This document shows, piece by piece, positions 1-8,896 of a stretch of DNA of 33,602 bases. The position numbers and the translations under genes are program-made. This DNA is from Nitrospinae bacterium RIFCSPLOWO2_12_FULL_45_22 (GTDB lineage Bacteria > 2-12-FULL-45-22). Each line of letters starts with the position of its first letter. Positions within the stretch are counted from its first letter, which is position 1. The notes under the pieces were generated by a model, which saw only the letters and a program-made list of their open reading frames with translations, made no database searches and was not told the origin of the DNA. The stretch covers positions 1 to 33,602 of the forward strand of contig MHDQ01000011.1 in NCBI GenBank assembly GCA_001803565.1, written 5' to 3'.

Positions 1-2212
1 AGAGGTCTTCTTTATTGCCGTTAAAAAAACTCTTACCAGCATAGTTATTAACATCACCATAAATATTTATATAATTAGAGTTAGGGTCTGGCTTATCAGA
101 GAGGGATAAACTTACAACAATCTTTTCCTTACCCTCTATCAGCCTTCTGTCTATAGGTATCTTATGCCAGGCGAGTATTTCTGGTATGCCTCCCTGGTAG
201 GTTTTCACAACCCTATCACCTACCTTTACTGTACAATTATATGTATGCACTGCCTTGGTTCCCATGAAGCTTGCCCCCTTCATCAAGATATTCAAGCTGA
301 CCTTATTGTAATTGCCGATATTATTGGGAAGAGACAGAATTTTCTCTATCCGGTCAGTAGTCTTAGAGATATAACAGCGCCAATCCTGGATACCATCGTC
401 ATCGCTTATAACAAGAGAGTTATCAGGCTTTTTTAACCAGGATAAGATGTCTTTAAAGCCTTTGAGGCTGTTAACCTTGTTGGATACTCTAATATCTTTA
501 TTTTTTGTCTTCTGTTGATTGTTATTTGGTTGAGTATTAAAGATATACCAATAATAGCCGAAGTCGGGCTCAGTTATGAATACCAGCCGTAAAGAGTCTT
601 TATTCAAGTAGCGTGGTCCGGCAAATGCTTGAGTGACGGCCTCCGTTCCCGCAGAAGGATTAATCTCTAAATAATCGGTAAGATATTTTATACCTTGAGA
701 CTTTACATAATCGGCTATGTTAAAACTCTGCATGACTTTAAAAAACATTCGATTATTTACTATTCCATCCAGGTTTATCACTTTCCTTTCTGAGAAATAT
801 CCCACTACACCGGCATTCCATGCGCCAATAATATCCTGCGGGTCAGTGTTGTTTCGCAACCATTGGGCTACATAATAAGAATTTAGATAAGTATAAGACG
901 TACTTGAATTTTCTCCCCGGTAAGAGTAGGTATAAAAACCTGAGAGTTGATAGAGTAATGAATAGAGGAAAGCTGCTAGCAAAACTCCTGCTGGCCATAA
1001 GGTCTTTTTGAGTATGGGTGTAAATATGGTCTCTATCAGAGAAAATAGCGCATAAGGAGCTAGCATCGCAAGAAGAAGATATTCGGGAACAAAGTAATAA
1101 CCCCGGCCTACAGCAATTACAAATTTTGTAGAATAGAGGAAATAGTGGATTGTTACAAAGAGGATAAAAAATCCGGCATGGCCGAAAATCTTAGCGGGTG
1201 GATGTTCTGTCTTTTTATTCGCACCGAATAGTTTCTCAATAAACTTTAATAAGGCTAATAGTACCGCGGCCAGGAAGATAAAAACCCAGATCTTATATAA
1301 GGTGTCAAGCGATAGATTATTGTTAAAGGGCCGGATAAGATCGCAAAGATAGGTAAAGACATCATTGATAGGGTCATCCCATAAGAGAGATTTCAGCGCA
1401 ACCTTGGCTGCCCCTGAAGAGAAATATCCACCCAATCCACCAACTGTTCCCCTGCCGAGCCAGAACTTTACCTGGCCGCTTATGGGAGTTAAAAGGCCGA
1501 AACCAAGCCAATTCCAACAGAGATAAGGCAATACCGTTACAAATGATGCTATAGCAAACGAGGTTAATTTCAGTATACGCTTGTTTAAAGGTTCTTCTGT
1601 CTTCTGAAGGGCTAAGCATAAAAAGGCGGTTATGAAAAGAAAAAAGGCATCCACCCGTGCCAGGAAGGTAATGCCTACCAAGAACCCGAAAAAATAAAGA
1701 GAGGGAGAACTCCGTTGAGAAAAAGGTTTAAATTTTAAGTAATATAATAGGGTAGCGGAAAGGGTAAAGGCATAGATACTATTTTCCATGCCAGAGATAC
1801 CCAACATCATTAGTCGTGGGCTGAGTAGCCACAGGGCAGCAGCGGCCAGGGCAACCATCCAATGACTGACGGATATGACAATACGATAAAGGAAATACCC
1901 GACAAAGACATGAAATAATGCAGCCAGGGTGAGGGCCAGATGGACAAACTGTTCTTTGTCAGAGCTAATCCACCATAAGGGTACTAATAGGAACTGCCAG
2001 AGGGGTTGATAGCCATTGGTTTCATTTATACCATCAAAGCTGCTACCCTGGCCTGAAGCCATGTTATATGCGATCTGGAAATAGTAGTAGCTGTCATCTA
2101 AGGTTATATCCCGGACCAGGATCTCTATATCTGACCAGGCAAAAAAAAGCTGACTGGCCAACCCCAGGATTAAAATAGCACTAAGTAATATTCTCTGGAA
2201 GCACTTGTTCAT
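1..2212 (-). CDS. GT-C-type polytopic membrane glycosyltransferase with extra C-terminal domain (partial, runs off the left edge)
   Basis: Manual translation from ATG 2212: MNKCFQRILLSAILILGLASQLFFAWSDIEILVRDITLDDSYYYFQIAYNMASGQGSSFDGINETNGYQPLW (DD motif after first TM), SGMEN, many hydrophobic segments, IIGAWNAGVVGYFSERKVINLDGIVN. The same frame was confirmed at 2212, 818 and 2 (spot checks). Not in the ORF track, consistent with no stop in the window. Confidence 0.85.
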   Translation of the reverse strand, partial: MNKCFQRILLSAILILGLASQLFFAWSDIEILVRDITLDDSYYYFQIAYNMASGQGSSFDGINETNGYQPLWQFLLVPLWWISSDKEQFVHLALTLAALFHVFVGYFLYRIVISVSHWMVALAAAALWLLSPRLMMLGISGMENSIYAFTLSATLLYYLKFKPFSQRSSPSLYFFGFLVGITFLARVDAFFLFITAFLCLALQKTEEPLNKRILKLTSFAIASFVTVLPYLCWNWLGFGLLTPISGQVKFWLGRGTVGGLGGYFSSGAAKVALKSLLWDDPINDVFTYLCDLIRPFNNNLSLDTLYKIWVFIFLAAVLLALLKFIEKLFGANKKTEHPPAKIFGHAGFFILFVTIHYFLYSTKFVIAVGRGYYFVPEYLLLAMLAPYALFSLIETIFTPILKKTLWPAGVLLAAFLYSLLYQLSGFYTYSYRGENSSTSYTYLNSYYVAQWLRNNTDPQDIIGAWNAGVVGYFSERKVINLDGIVNNRMFFKVMQSFNIADYVKSQGIKYLTDYLEINPSAGTEAVTQAFAGPRYLNKDSLRLVFITEPDFGYYWYIFNTQPNNNQQKTKNKDIRVSNKVNSLKGFKDILSWLKKPDNSLVISDDDGIQDWRCYISKTTDRIEKILSLPNNIGNYNKVSLNILMKGASFMGTKAVHTYNCTVKVGDRVVKTYQGGIPEILAWHKIPIDRRLIEGKEKIVVSLSLSDKPDPNSNYINIYGDVNNYAGKSFFNGNKEDL

Positions 2213-2225
2213 AATGATAAGATTA

Positions 2226-2358
2226 TATAGTAAACGACCAAATAAAGTTGTCATTTCGACCAAAGGGAGAAATCTTCTATACCGTTAAAATGCAAGCTTC
2301 CTCGTTTCGCTCGGAATGACAGCTTACAAATGTCAACTTACTTAATTCGTTCACTATA
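2226..2358. mobile_element. MITE-like element with imperfect ~30-bp terminal inverted repeats and an internal REP-like palindrome
   Basis: Left TATAGTAAACGACCAAATAAAGTTGTCATTT versus reverse complement of right end TATAGTGAACGAATTAAGTAAGTTGACATTT; core 2249-2321 TGTCATTTCGAC...CTCGGAATGACA. Confidence 0.7.
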
Positions 2359-2394
2359 GTTACGATAGCCCATTTTGTGCTTATCCTATGCCTC

Positions 2395-2424
2395 ATTATA
2401 TCTGGACTGAAGGGGACTCTTCAA
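2395..2424 (-). promoter_or_regulatory. Putative sigma70 promoter for the GT-C gene
   Basis: Minus strand TTGAAG-18 bp-TATAAT. Confidence 0.5.
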
Positions 2425-2455
2425 GTAACATTATTTATTCTCCTTTTCAATTTGC

Positions 2456-2484
2456 TTGAAAATCATCCCTTAGAGAGTTAAATT
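2456..2484 (+). promoter_or_regulatory. Putative sigma70 promoter for the 2538-3116 gene
   Basis: TTGAAA-17 bp-TAAATT upstream of AGGAGG at 2522-2527. Confidence 0.35.
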
Positions 2485-2537
2485 ACCTTTGAGATTATGC
2501 ACGAGGATAGACTAACTATTCAGGAGGAGAGATACAG

Positions 2538-3116
2538 ATTAAAGCCAGCTCAAACAGAGAAAACAAGATAATCCTTTCACTAATTATATTTGCCGTCCTT
2601 CTATCCCTCTGGCTGGCAGGACAAGGTAATGAAATTATTGCCCCCGCAGAGGTACGAACAGACGATGGCGCTCATGAATGGGCTAGTTATTTGGCAGATG
2701 CCAAGAATACTATACAAAAAGAACTTATCCTACTGGACCATGTAGTAGAATACCACCGGGTCTTTCTCAAGATCTTTATGAATGGGGCTAACGGATACAA
2801 TCCTGAACAGAGACATACTTATGACCTTGTTGTTAGGGTAGATGACCGAATAGTGAAAGTTTTTTTCGGAGGGGTACCACCTATCGCTGACTGGTACCTA
2901 ATACCCCTTCCGTTGGATATTATCCAGGGTAAGCAAAAGATAGTTGTTTCCCTCTCGGTAACAGGTAGTCCAGATGCAGGCCATAATTATGCTGTTATCT
3001 ATGGTGATGCCAATGCGGCCACCCGCTTTAGCAGCTTCAATGGCCAAAAGGCTGATTTGTCGCTCTATGACGGGATACAAACCGGCGAATATATGATCAG
3101 ATTGGAATATCAATAG
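2538..3116 (+). CDS. Exported or membrane-anchored protein, paralog of the GT-C C-terminal domain; probable non-canonical ATT (or ATA 2532) start
   Basis: Frame of the 2691-3116 ORF is open back to TAG 2508-2510 and encodes KIILSLIIFAVLLSLWLAGQG (signal/TM) plus TDDGAHEWASYL, which aligns with the GT-C tail; SD AGGAGG at 2522-2527; no in-frame ATG/GTG/TTG before 2691. Confidence 0.7.
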   Translation: MKASSNRENKIILSLIIFAVLLSLWLAGQGNEIIAPAEVRTDDGAHEWASYLADAKNTIQKELILLDHVVEYHRVFLKIFMNGANGYNPEQRHTYDLVVRVDDRIVKVFFGGVPPIADWYLIPLPLDIIQGKQKIVVSLSVTGSPDAGHNYAVIYGDANAATRFSSFNGQKADLSLYDGIQTGEYMIRLEYQ

Positions 3117-3138
3117 CTTTTGTCTTCAGAAGGGGCAA

Positions 3139-3293
3139 TAACTTGACTTTGTCACATTTGCCATGCCATTCTGAGCGAAGCGAAGAATCTTGTTATCGAA
3201 AAGCTAAGACCCTTCGCGGAGTTTACCATGAGCACAGTGAAGGGCTCAGGGTGACAAACGTGGCATCCAAATTAATGTGACTAAGTCAAAATA
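3139..3293. mobile_element. MITE-like element (family A TIR) with internal GCCATTCTGAGCGAAGCGAAGAATCT palindromic repeat
   Basis: TTGACTTTGTCACATT (3143-3158) versus AATGTGACTAAGTCAA (3274-3289), 15/16 inverted match, TA at both ends; left end matches the 16203-16223 TIR at 20/21. Confidence 0.75.
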
Positions 3294-4732
3294 AGGTTTT
3301 TCCTAAAATATCCTTTCAATTTATACCAGAGCATCTGCAGGCCAGCCCGGGCCTGGCGTTTGAACTCAGACCAGGACTTGACCTTCTTCAGCCTTTGCCA
3401 GACATATTGTGGTCTTAGGTAAAAGGAGTTATAGGCACGGGTTAAGAGGGTTACCATCTCTTCACGAGAATAGAGATCAGAGGCTATGGGTACAGGTGCT
3501 TTATAGTCCGGATTTTGGGCAAATCTTTTCCATAAGTCTTCAACCCTTCCTTGTTCTACTGCTTCCTGATAGATTTTGGTAGCCGGATAAAAGACGGTAA
3601 TGGCGTACTGGACAAAATCTGGATGGAGTTTTTTTGCTAGCTCTATAGTCTTTTGCATCTGTTCCCTGGTTTCGCCGGGATAACCCAGCATAAAATCGGC
3701 CAGGGTAGCCAATTTATATTTTTTGGCCAGCTTGAATGCCTGATATACCTGCTCTAAAGTAATCTTTTTATTCATCGCCTGAAGTATCTCCGGAGAGGCA
3801 CTCTCCACGCCAAATTGTATCCGACTACAACCAGCCTCTTTCAGGTGCCGGATAACCTCTTCATCAATGGTATCCACCCGCGAGCGTATATCAAAGATAA
3901 TATCCAGTTTTCTCTCCATTATTTCCTGACATATTGCTATCACCCTCTCTTTATTGACCGTAAAGATCTCATCAAAAAAGAAAAATTCTTTAATGCCCAT
4001 AGCTACACAGGCCTGGATTTCGTCTATTATATTAGCAACCGACCGCAACCGGAGCTTACCATCAAAGGGTATATAGCAAAAGGTGCAACGATAAGGACAC
4101 CCCCGGCTGGCCATAAGGGTAGTACTGATATTGTCTTTCCCAATAAGGGAATGGTATTTATGAAAAGGGGTAAGGTAACGGGCCGGGAAAGGTAGGGCAT
4201 CTAAATCCTTTATCCAGTTGATCCGTGGTGAGACAATAATTTCTCCGTCTCGCTGAAAGACAATCCCGTCAAGGCATGCAGGATCACTATCCTGTTCCAG
4301 ACAATGGAGAAGGTTAACCACATTCTCTTCGCCTTCCCCCAGGATCACATAATCTATCTCAGGCAAAGCGGCGGTCTCCTGGGGATAGATCTGGGCATGG
4401 GGTCCACCAGCAATAACCAGGATATTGATATTCACCTCTTTTACCGCCTTAGCCGTCTTGTAAGCCATACTCAGGGCTACAGAAGAGGTATAGATCCCTA
4501 CCAGGTCAGGATTCTTCTGCCTAACTTCTTGCTGGATCGCCTCATAGCTCATCCCCTCCACATCGGCATCTAACACCTCTACCTTATGCGAAGAGTTTGC
4601 CTCTACTGCTGCAGCCACATAAAGTAACCCCAATGGGGGGTAAAAGCCAAACGCTATATCTTTAAGGAAGTCGGCTGCCACCAGAGAAAACATAGACCTT
4701 TCATAAGGCGGATTGAGCAGCAGCAGATACAT
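3281..4732 (-). CDS. Cobalamin-binding domain radical SAM enzyme
   Basis: N-terminal B12-binding-type region (LLLNPP...PPLGLLYVAA, GGPHA, GEGE), SRGCPYRCTFC CxxxCxxC motif, FFDEIF, GVES, GYPGET. Confidence 0.92.
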   Translation of the reverse strand: MYLLLLNPPYERSMFSLVAADFLKDIAFGFYPPLGLLYVAAAVEANSSHKVEVLDADVEGMSYEAIQQEVRQKNPDLVGIYTSSVALSMAYKTAKAVKEVNINILVIAGGPHAQIYPQETAALPEIDYVILGEGEENVVNLLHCLEQDSDPACLDGIVFQRDGEIIVSPRINWIKDLDALPFPARYLTPFHKYHSLIGKDNISTTLMASRGCPYRCTFCYIPFDGKLRLRSVANIIDEIQACVAMGIKEFFFFDEIFTVNKERVIAICQEIMERKLDIIFDIRSRVDTIDEEVIRHLKEAGCSRIQFGVESASPEILQAMNKKITLEQVYQAFKLAKKYKLATLADFMLGYPGETREQMQKTIELAKKLHPDFVQYAITVFYPATKIYQEAVEQGRVEDLWKRFAQNPDYKAPVPIASDLYSREEMVTLLTRAYNSFYLRPQYVWQRLKKVKSWSEFKRQARAGLQMLWYKLKGYFRKNLILT

Positions 4733-5104
4733 TTATATGCTCCCCCGATCTTTTTTCTCCATTAGAATCTCTATCTCTTTCTCCAATAAGGCATACCTCT
4801 GGGTTAACTCTCTATGTCTTTCCGAGAGTCGAGAAAAGCCTACCGTGAGCATCAAGAGCAACGAAAGGATAAATATTATCCCTAATAGAAATAAGGCATT
4901 AGAGGGGGCCTTTATCCCCATAGCATAGGCTATCCCCCTGGCCACTGGCGGGAAACAGGCTACCAGGAGAAAGATAAGACTGGTAGCCAGCCAGAGCAGG
5001 GCATAGCGCAAAGAGAGATGCTCATTCCTTACCAGGTATATTATAATAGTCAAAAAGCCCACACCTAAAAGAATAGAGAAGATATATAGTTTGAGATCAA
5101 TCAT
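4733..5104 (-). CDS. DUF2304-family small membrane protein
   Basis: 123 aa, three TM segments, LSLRYALLWL, GIKAPSNALF, C-terminal coiled LTQRYALLE; typical partner of the adjacent DPM-synthase-like GT2. Confidence 0.85.
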   Translation of the reverse strand: MIDLKLYIFSILLGVGFLTIIIYLVRNEHLSLRYALLWLATSLIFLLVACFPPVARGIAYAMGIKAPSNALFLLGIIFILSLLLMLTVGFSRLSERHRELTQRYALLEKEIEILMEKKDRGSI

Positions 5105-5113
5105 CTTCGCCCA

Positions 5114-5809
5114 TTACCCTCGCATTTTGTCAATAATAATAGCTAGAGTAACCTTTATCATATAATAGATGGCTGACATGGGATTGATAGAGGATTTACC
5201 CAAGGCCCTTTCTTTCATTTCCACCGGTATTTCTTTAGTGATAAAACCCTTCCGGGCGAGCATAACCAGGGCTTCTGGCTCGGGGTAGTCTGGAGGATAT
5301 CGCTGGGCAAACAAGGCAATAACTTCCTTATTTACGGCCCGGAATCCCGAGGTAGGATCAGTGAAGCTCTGCCCGGTAGTTAATCCTATCAACCAGGAAA
5401 GATACCTGATCCCCATCCTCCGAAAGAAACTAGACTGGAATCCGCTTTTGTTGATATAGCGTGAGCCGATAACAACCTGGGCCTCACCTGCCAATATAGG
5501 TTCTACAAGGCTTTTGATATAACTGGCATCATGCTGCCCATCGCCATCTACCTGAACCGCTATCTCATACCCTTTACTGGCAGCATATTTATACCCGGTC
5601 TGGACTGTGGTTCCAATCCCCATATTATATGGCAGATTAATATGCGGGATATGTCTCTCTTTCAGGATAGCAAGGGTATGATCCGAAGAGCCATCATTAA
5701 TTACCAAAACATCGTCAGAAGGGGCTTCTTTCTTTAAGTTATCAATTACCGAGGCGATATTTTCTTGTTCGTTATAGGCGGGAATTATTATCAAGATCCG
5801 TTTCGACAT
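5114..5809 (-). CDS. GT2 glycosyltransferase, polyprenol-phosphate sugar synthase (DPM1-like)
   Basis: IIIPAYNE, INDGSSD, VDGDGQHD, GSRY, DPTSGFRA, DYPEPE motifs. Confidence 0.92.
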   Translation of the reverse strand: MSKRILIIIPAYNEQENIASVIDNLKKEAPSDDVLVINDGSSDHTLAILKERHIPHINLPYNMGIGTTVQTGYKYAASKGYEIAVQVDGDGQHDASYIKSLVEPILAGEAQVVIGSRYINKSGFQSSFFRRMGIRYLSWLIGLTTGQSFTDPTSGFRAVNKEVIALFAQRYPPDYPEPEALVMLARKGFITKEIPVEMKERALGKSSINPMSAIYYMIKVTLAIIIDKMRG

Positions 5810-5847
5810 TGCTCTGAAAGCCCTTTGACTAGGTTAGAAAACCCTAC

Positions 5848-6858
5848 TTATCTATTGGCGGTACATTCCTGTCTAGGCGATTTTCTTTTTTGTCTATCCA
5901 ATAGCCAGAATCGCAGAATCCCTACTGCCATCCCTAAGCTCCGGGCAAACCCCCGGGAAAAATTTATGGGTATGATCATAAGATATTTGTATTGCCTTTT
6001 GCGGGCGGCTATTTTAGCTGCTAGGGGGATTTGAAAAATTAGTCCGAGGGTAGAAAGTATCAATAAAATTTGATCAACAGGCGATAACCAAACAAAAGGA
6101 ACCAGCCCAAAAGTTAACAAAAAGCAGGGGGGTTGGATAAAATCAAATAAGCCACTATAATCATCCCCTCGCATCATCCCCGGATGGTCTTGGTAAAGCT
6201 TCACTCGCCAATAACCATGCCAGAATTGATGTCTTAGGTACCGGAGAAAATTGCTTGGGTGATAGTGAAAAACCAGGGCCTCCTTTTCAAAATATAAACT
6301 ATATCCTGCTTTAATTAGTCTATAGCACAGGTCATTATCTTCTCCACTGGCCTGGGTATACTCTTCATTAAAGCCTCCTATTTTTTCTAGTAATCTTTTA
6401 GGCACTGAAAGGTTATATGATCCGAGGGCCTTGGCCCTTTTAGGCATTTGTTCATGCCTTAATAAAATTTCTTGATGGATACAGGCAGCTAATAAGTTCT
6501 CTTCGTTAGCTATGCTATAACTCCCCCCAACCGCACCAACATCTTTAGCATTAAAATTCCTTACCAGCTTCTGTACCCAATCGTTATGAGGAATACAATC
6601 AGAGTCAGTAAAGCAGATGATATCTCCCTGGGCAGCTTCCCAGCCAGTATTTCTAGCTTTTGCCGGGCCACTGTTTTCCTGAAAGATGTATCCCACTGGA
6701 TAACTTCTCACTATTTTTTGTGTATCATCCGTTGAGCCGTCGTCTACTATAATTACTTCTATTTCTCCCTGGTCATATATTTGTTGCAGGCATGCTTCTA
6801 TGGCTTGGGCAATGGTCTTTTGAGAATTAAAGGCTGGAATGACAATAGAAATATTCAC
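5848..6858 (-). CDS. GT2 glycosyltransferase with C-terminal membrane segments
   Basis: SIVIPAFN, VDDGSTD, GPAKARN, FTDSDC (DxD), GEDNDL; hydrophobic C-terminus; GTG start. Confidence 0.92.
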   Translation of the reverse strand: MNISIVIPAFNSQKTIAQAIEACLQQIYDQGEIEVIIVDDGSTDDTQKIVRSYPVGYIFQENSGPAKARNTGWEAAQGDIICFTDSDCIPHNDWVQKLVRNFNAKDVGAVGGSYSIANEENLLAACIHQEILLRHEQMPKRAKALGSYNLSVPKRLLEKIGGFNEEYTQASGEDNDLCYRLIKAGYSLYFEKEALVFHYHPSNFLRYLRHQFWHGYWRVKLYQDHPGMMRGDDYSGLFDFIQPPCFLLTFGLVPFVWLSPVDQILLILSTLGLIFQIPLAAKIAARKRQYKYLMIIPINFSRGFARSLGMAVGILRFWLLDRQKRKSPRQECTANR

Positions 6859-6860
6859 TC

Positions 6861-8270
6861 TTATTTTTGAATTAATAACCTAATCAGTTTAGTTAAATTG
6901 GCCCAGAAGATACGGGGCTGGAAAAAAAATTCTTTCAAGCCAGTAATAAAATATCCGGGCCTAAAATAAAACTTGCGGTAAGCTGTTCCCACTGAATTTT
7001 TCATTTCTTCAGCCGATAAGTTTTCATATTCAAAAATAGGCTGCATCGGCATAAAATCTGACCAATCTCTAGTTAATAATCTGTTTTCTCGGCTTAGAAT
7101 TTCATAAAATTTTGTCCCGGGGAAAGGGACTGCACTACTGAACTGAACGGTAGTTGGGTTTAATCTTTTGGCAAGATCAATAGTTTCCCGGATAGTCTCC
7201 TTTGTTTCCCCCGGCAGGCCAAAGACAAAGGTAGCATGTACATGAAAACCTATTTTTTTCATTAGTGAAATTGCTTGCTTTACCTCAGAGAGGGCATACC
7301 CTTTTTTTGTCTTATCTAAAATTTGTTGGCTACCGCTTTCTACCCCAACCTTCAGGAGATAACACCCTGCTTTTCTGAGCTTATGCAAAAAGTCTTCACC
7401 CCTATCATCCGCCCTGGCATAACACGCCCAATCCAGCTTCAATCCACTGTTAATCATCTCATCACAGACTTCTAAGGCATGTTTCTTGTCGGCAGTAAAG
7501 GTATCATCATTGAACAGTATACTTCTAAAGTTGTATTGCTGGATGATATTTTTTATTTCCTCTGTGATATTTTTGGCTGACCTTAGCCGATATTTCCTTC
7601 CGGTTAAGACTTGAGGCCAGTTACAGAATATGCACTTATAGGGACATCCCCGTCCACCCAAAATAAAGGTAAAAGGGTTTTTTAAAATAGGATCAAAATA
7701 TTTATAGTTAGGCAAGAGGTCCCGGGCTGGAAAAGGTAGGAGGTCCAGATTTTCCAAATATTCCCTGTTTTCATTTCTTATAATTACTCCATTATCAGCA
7801 CGGTAAGCAATACCTTTAGTGCCATTAGGCCCTTTAGAAATATATTCTTCTAAAGAAATTTCATACTCCCCTATTACCACAGCATCGAGGGGTTCTTGGG
7901 TTAAAGACTCTTCTGGTAAGGCTGACACATGGGGCCCTAAAAAGATTATTTTAGCTGCCCCTAACCTAGACTTTATCAGTTTGCTAACCTCGGCATCGTT
8001 ATAAAACGAAGGGGTAGAGGTTTCAAAGACTATACATTGTGGGTTTATGGCTGTTATTTCCTCCAGGAAAGCATCAACCGCCTTCCTCTCTACTACGGGA
8101 TCAAGCAGGAATATTTCGTGCCCTTTTGATCGGAGATAAGAAGCCGCATAAGCTAACAACAACGGGGGATGCAGAACCGGCGTAGCATAATTAAAGGTAG
8201 GGAACCGAATCGGCCGATTAAAGCTTCCTATGTTTTTAAATGTTGGAGGATTAGCCAATAAAACTTTCAT
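6861..8270 (-). CDS. Cobalamin-binding domain radical SAM enzyme
   Basis: VLLANPP, PPLLLAYAAS, GPHVS, GRGCPYKCIFC, NDDTFT, GVESG, GLPGET motifs. Confidence 0.92.
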   Translation of the reverse strand: MKVLLANPPTFKNIGSFNRPIRFPTFNYATPVLHPPLLLAYAASYLRSKGHEIFLLDPVVERKAVDAFLEEITAINPQCIVFETSTPSFYNDAEVSKLIKSRLGAAKIIFLGPHVSALPEESLTQEPLDAVVIGEYEISLEEYISKGPNGTKGIAYRADNGVIIRNENREYLENLDLLPFPARDLLPNYKYFDPILKNPFTFILGGRGCPYKCIFCNWPQVLTGRKYRLRSAKNITEEIKNIIQQYNFRSILFNDDTFTADKKHALEVCDEMINSGLKLDWACYARADDRGEDFLHKLRKAGCYLLKVGVESGSQQILDKTKKGYALSEVKQAISLMKKIGFHVHATFVFGLPGETKETIRETIDLAKRLNPTTVQFSSAVPFPGTKFYEILSRENRLLTRDWSDFMPMQPIFEYENLSAEEMKNSVGTAYRKFYFRPGYFITGLKEFFFQPRIFWANLTKLIRLLIQK

Positions 8271-8319
8271 TATAGGTTATCAGCCTCACTTGTTCTAATT
8301 CTAATGCTCTACTATTAGG

Positions 8320-8385
8320 TTAAAGTTTTTTTAAATCGTCTTTATCAAAGAGAGCAACTAAAGGGCCTGTATCAATGGCAATCAC
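8320..8385 (-). pseudogene. vapC: Truncated VapC/PIN-domain toxin
   Basis: GTG 8385 overlapping the antitoxin TGA (GTGA) encodes MIAIDTGPLVALFDKDD, a typical PIN N-terminus, then stops after 21 codons. Confidence 0.75.
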
Positions 8386-8572
8386 AGATCATGTCTCTCC
8401 TTTATTCGTTTGATGAGCTCTTCTCGGTGGTTAAGGGATAGATTACCTTTACCGCTACCAGATATCTCAGAATAGTTTCTGGCATATATTTCAATTTGTT
8501 CACCTTCAGCCGTTTTGCCACCTGGTTAAGCTGCTCCCCTGTCTCTTTATCCAATCGGATACTAACAGGCAT
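8382..8572 (-). pseudogene. Frameshifted ribbon-helix-helix (CopG-type) antitoxin
   Basis: SD GGAGGAGG then MPVSIRLDKETGEQLNQVAKRLKVNK; a plausible C-terminus EISGSGKGNLSLNHREELIKRIKERHDL* is in another frame, implying an internal deletion. Confidence 0.7.
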
Positions 8573-8652
8573 TGATCCTTCCTCCTCCTTTATCTTGCTT
8601 GATTGCTGCTCCTTTGACCTTCATCCCATCATTCATAACGAGGCTATTTTTT

Positions 8653-8694
8653 TTGTATCCCAAAATTGTATTACAAAGCAGGCCTGTTTGCCAA
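8653..8694 (-). promoter_or_regulatory. Putative TA-operon promoter with overlapping operator repeats
   Basis: Minus strand TTGGCA-18 bp-TACAAT overlapped by palindrome TTGTATTACAA (8666-8676); second copy TTGTATCCCAA (8653-8663). Confidence 0.55.
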
Positions 8695-8896
8695 TCCCGG
8701 AAACCTATAAAGATGTATACGATCCCTTGAAAACAAAGAATGGTCTGGATAGGCAAAAGCGGAAACTTTAGGTTTTCCTTAAAATTTAATCCGAAGGTTA
8801 TGATAAACAATATCCAGACCACATTAAAATTTTTAACCGTAAATATCATTGGAAGTATACTCTACAGGATATAAGGCAACCTTGTTAATTTATTTA

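Noticed and set aside
164-1619. Track ORFs 164-436 (+) and 1374-1619 (-)
   Set aside because: Shadows of the long minus-strand GT-C frame.
8496-8849. ORFs 8496-8771 (+) and 8562-8849 (-)
   Set aside because: No recognisable motifs; they overlap the TA relic and its promoter.
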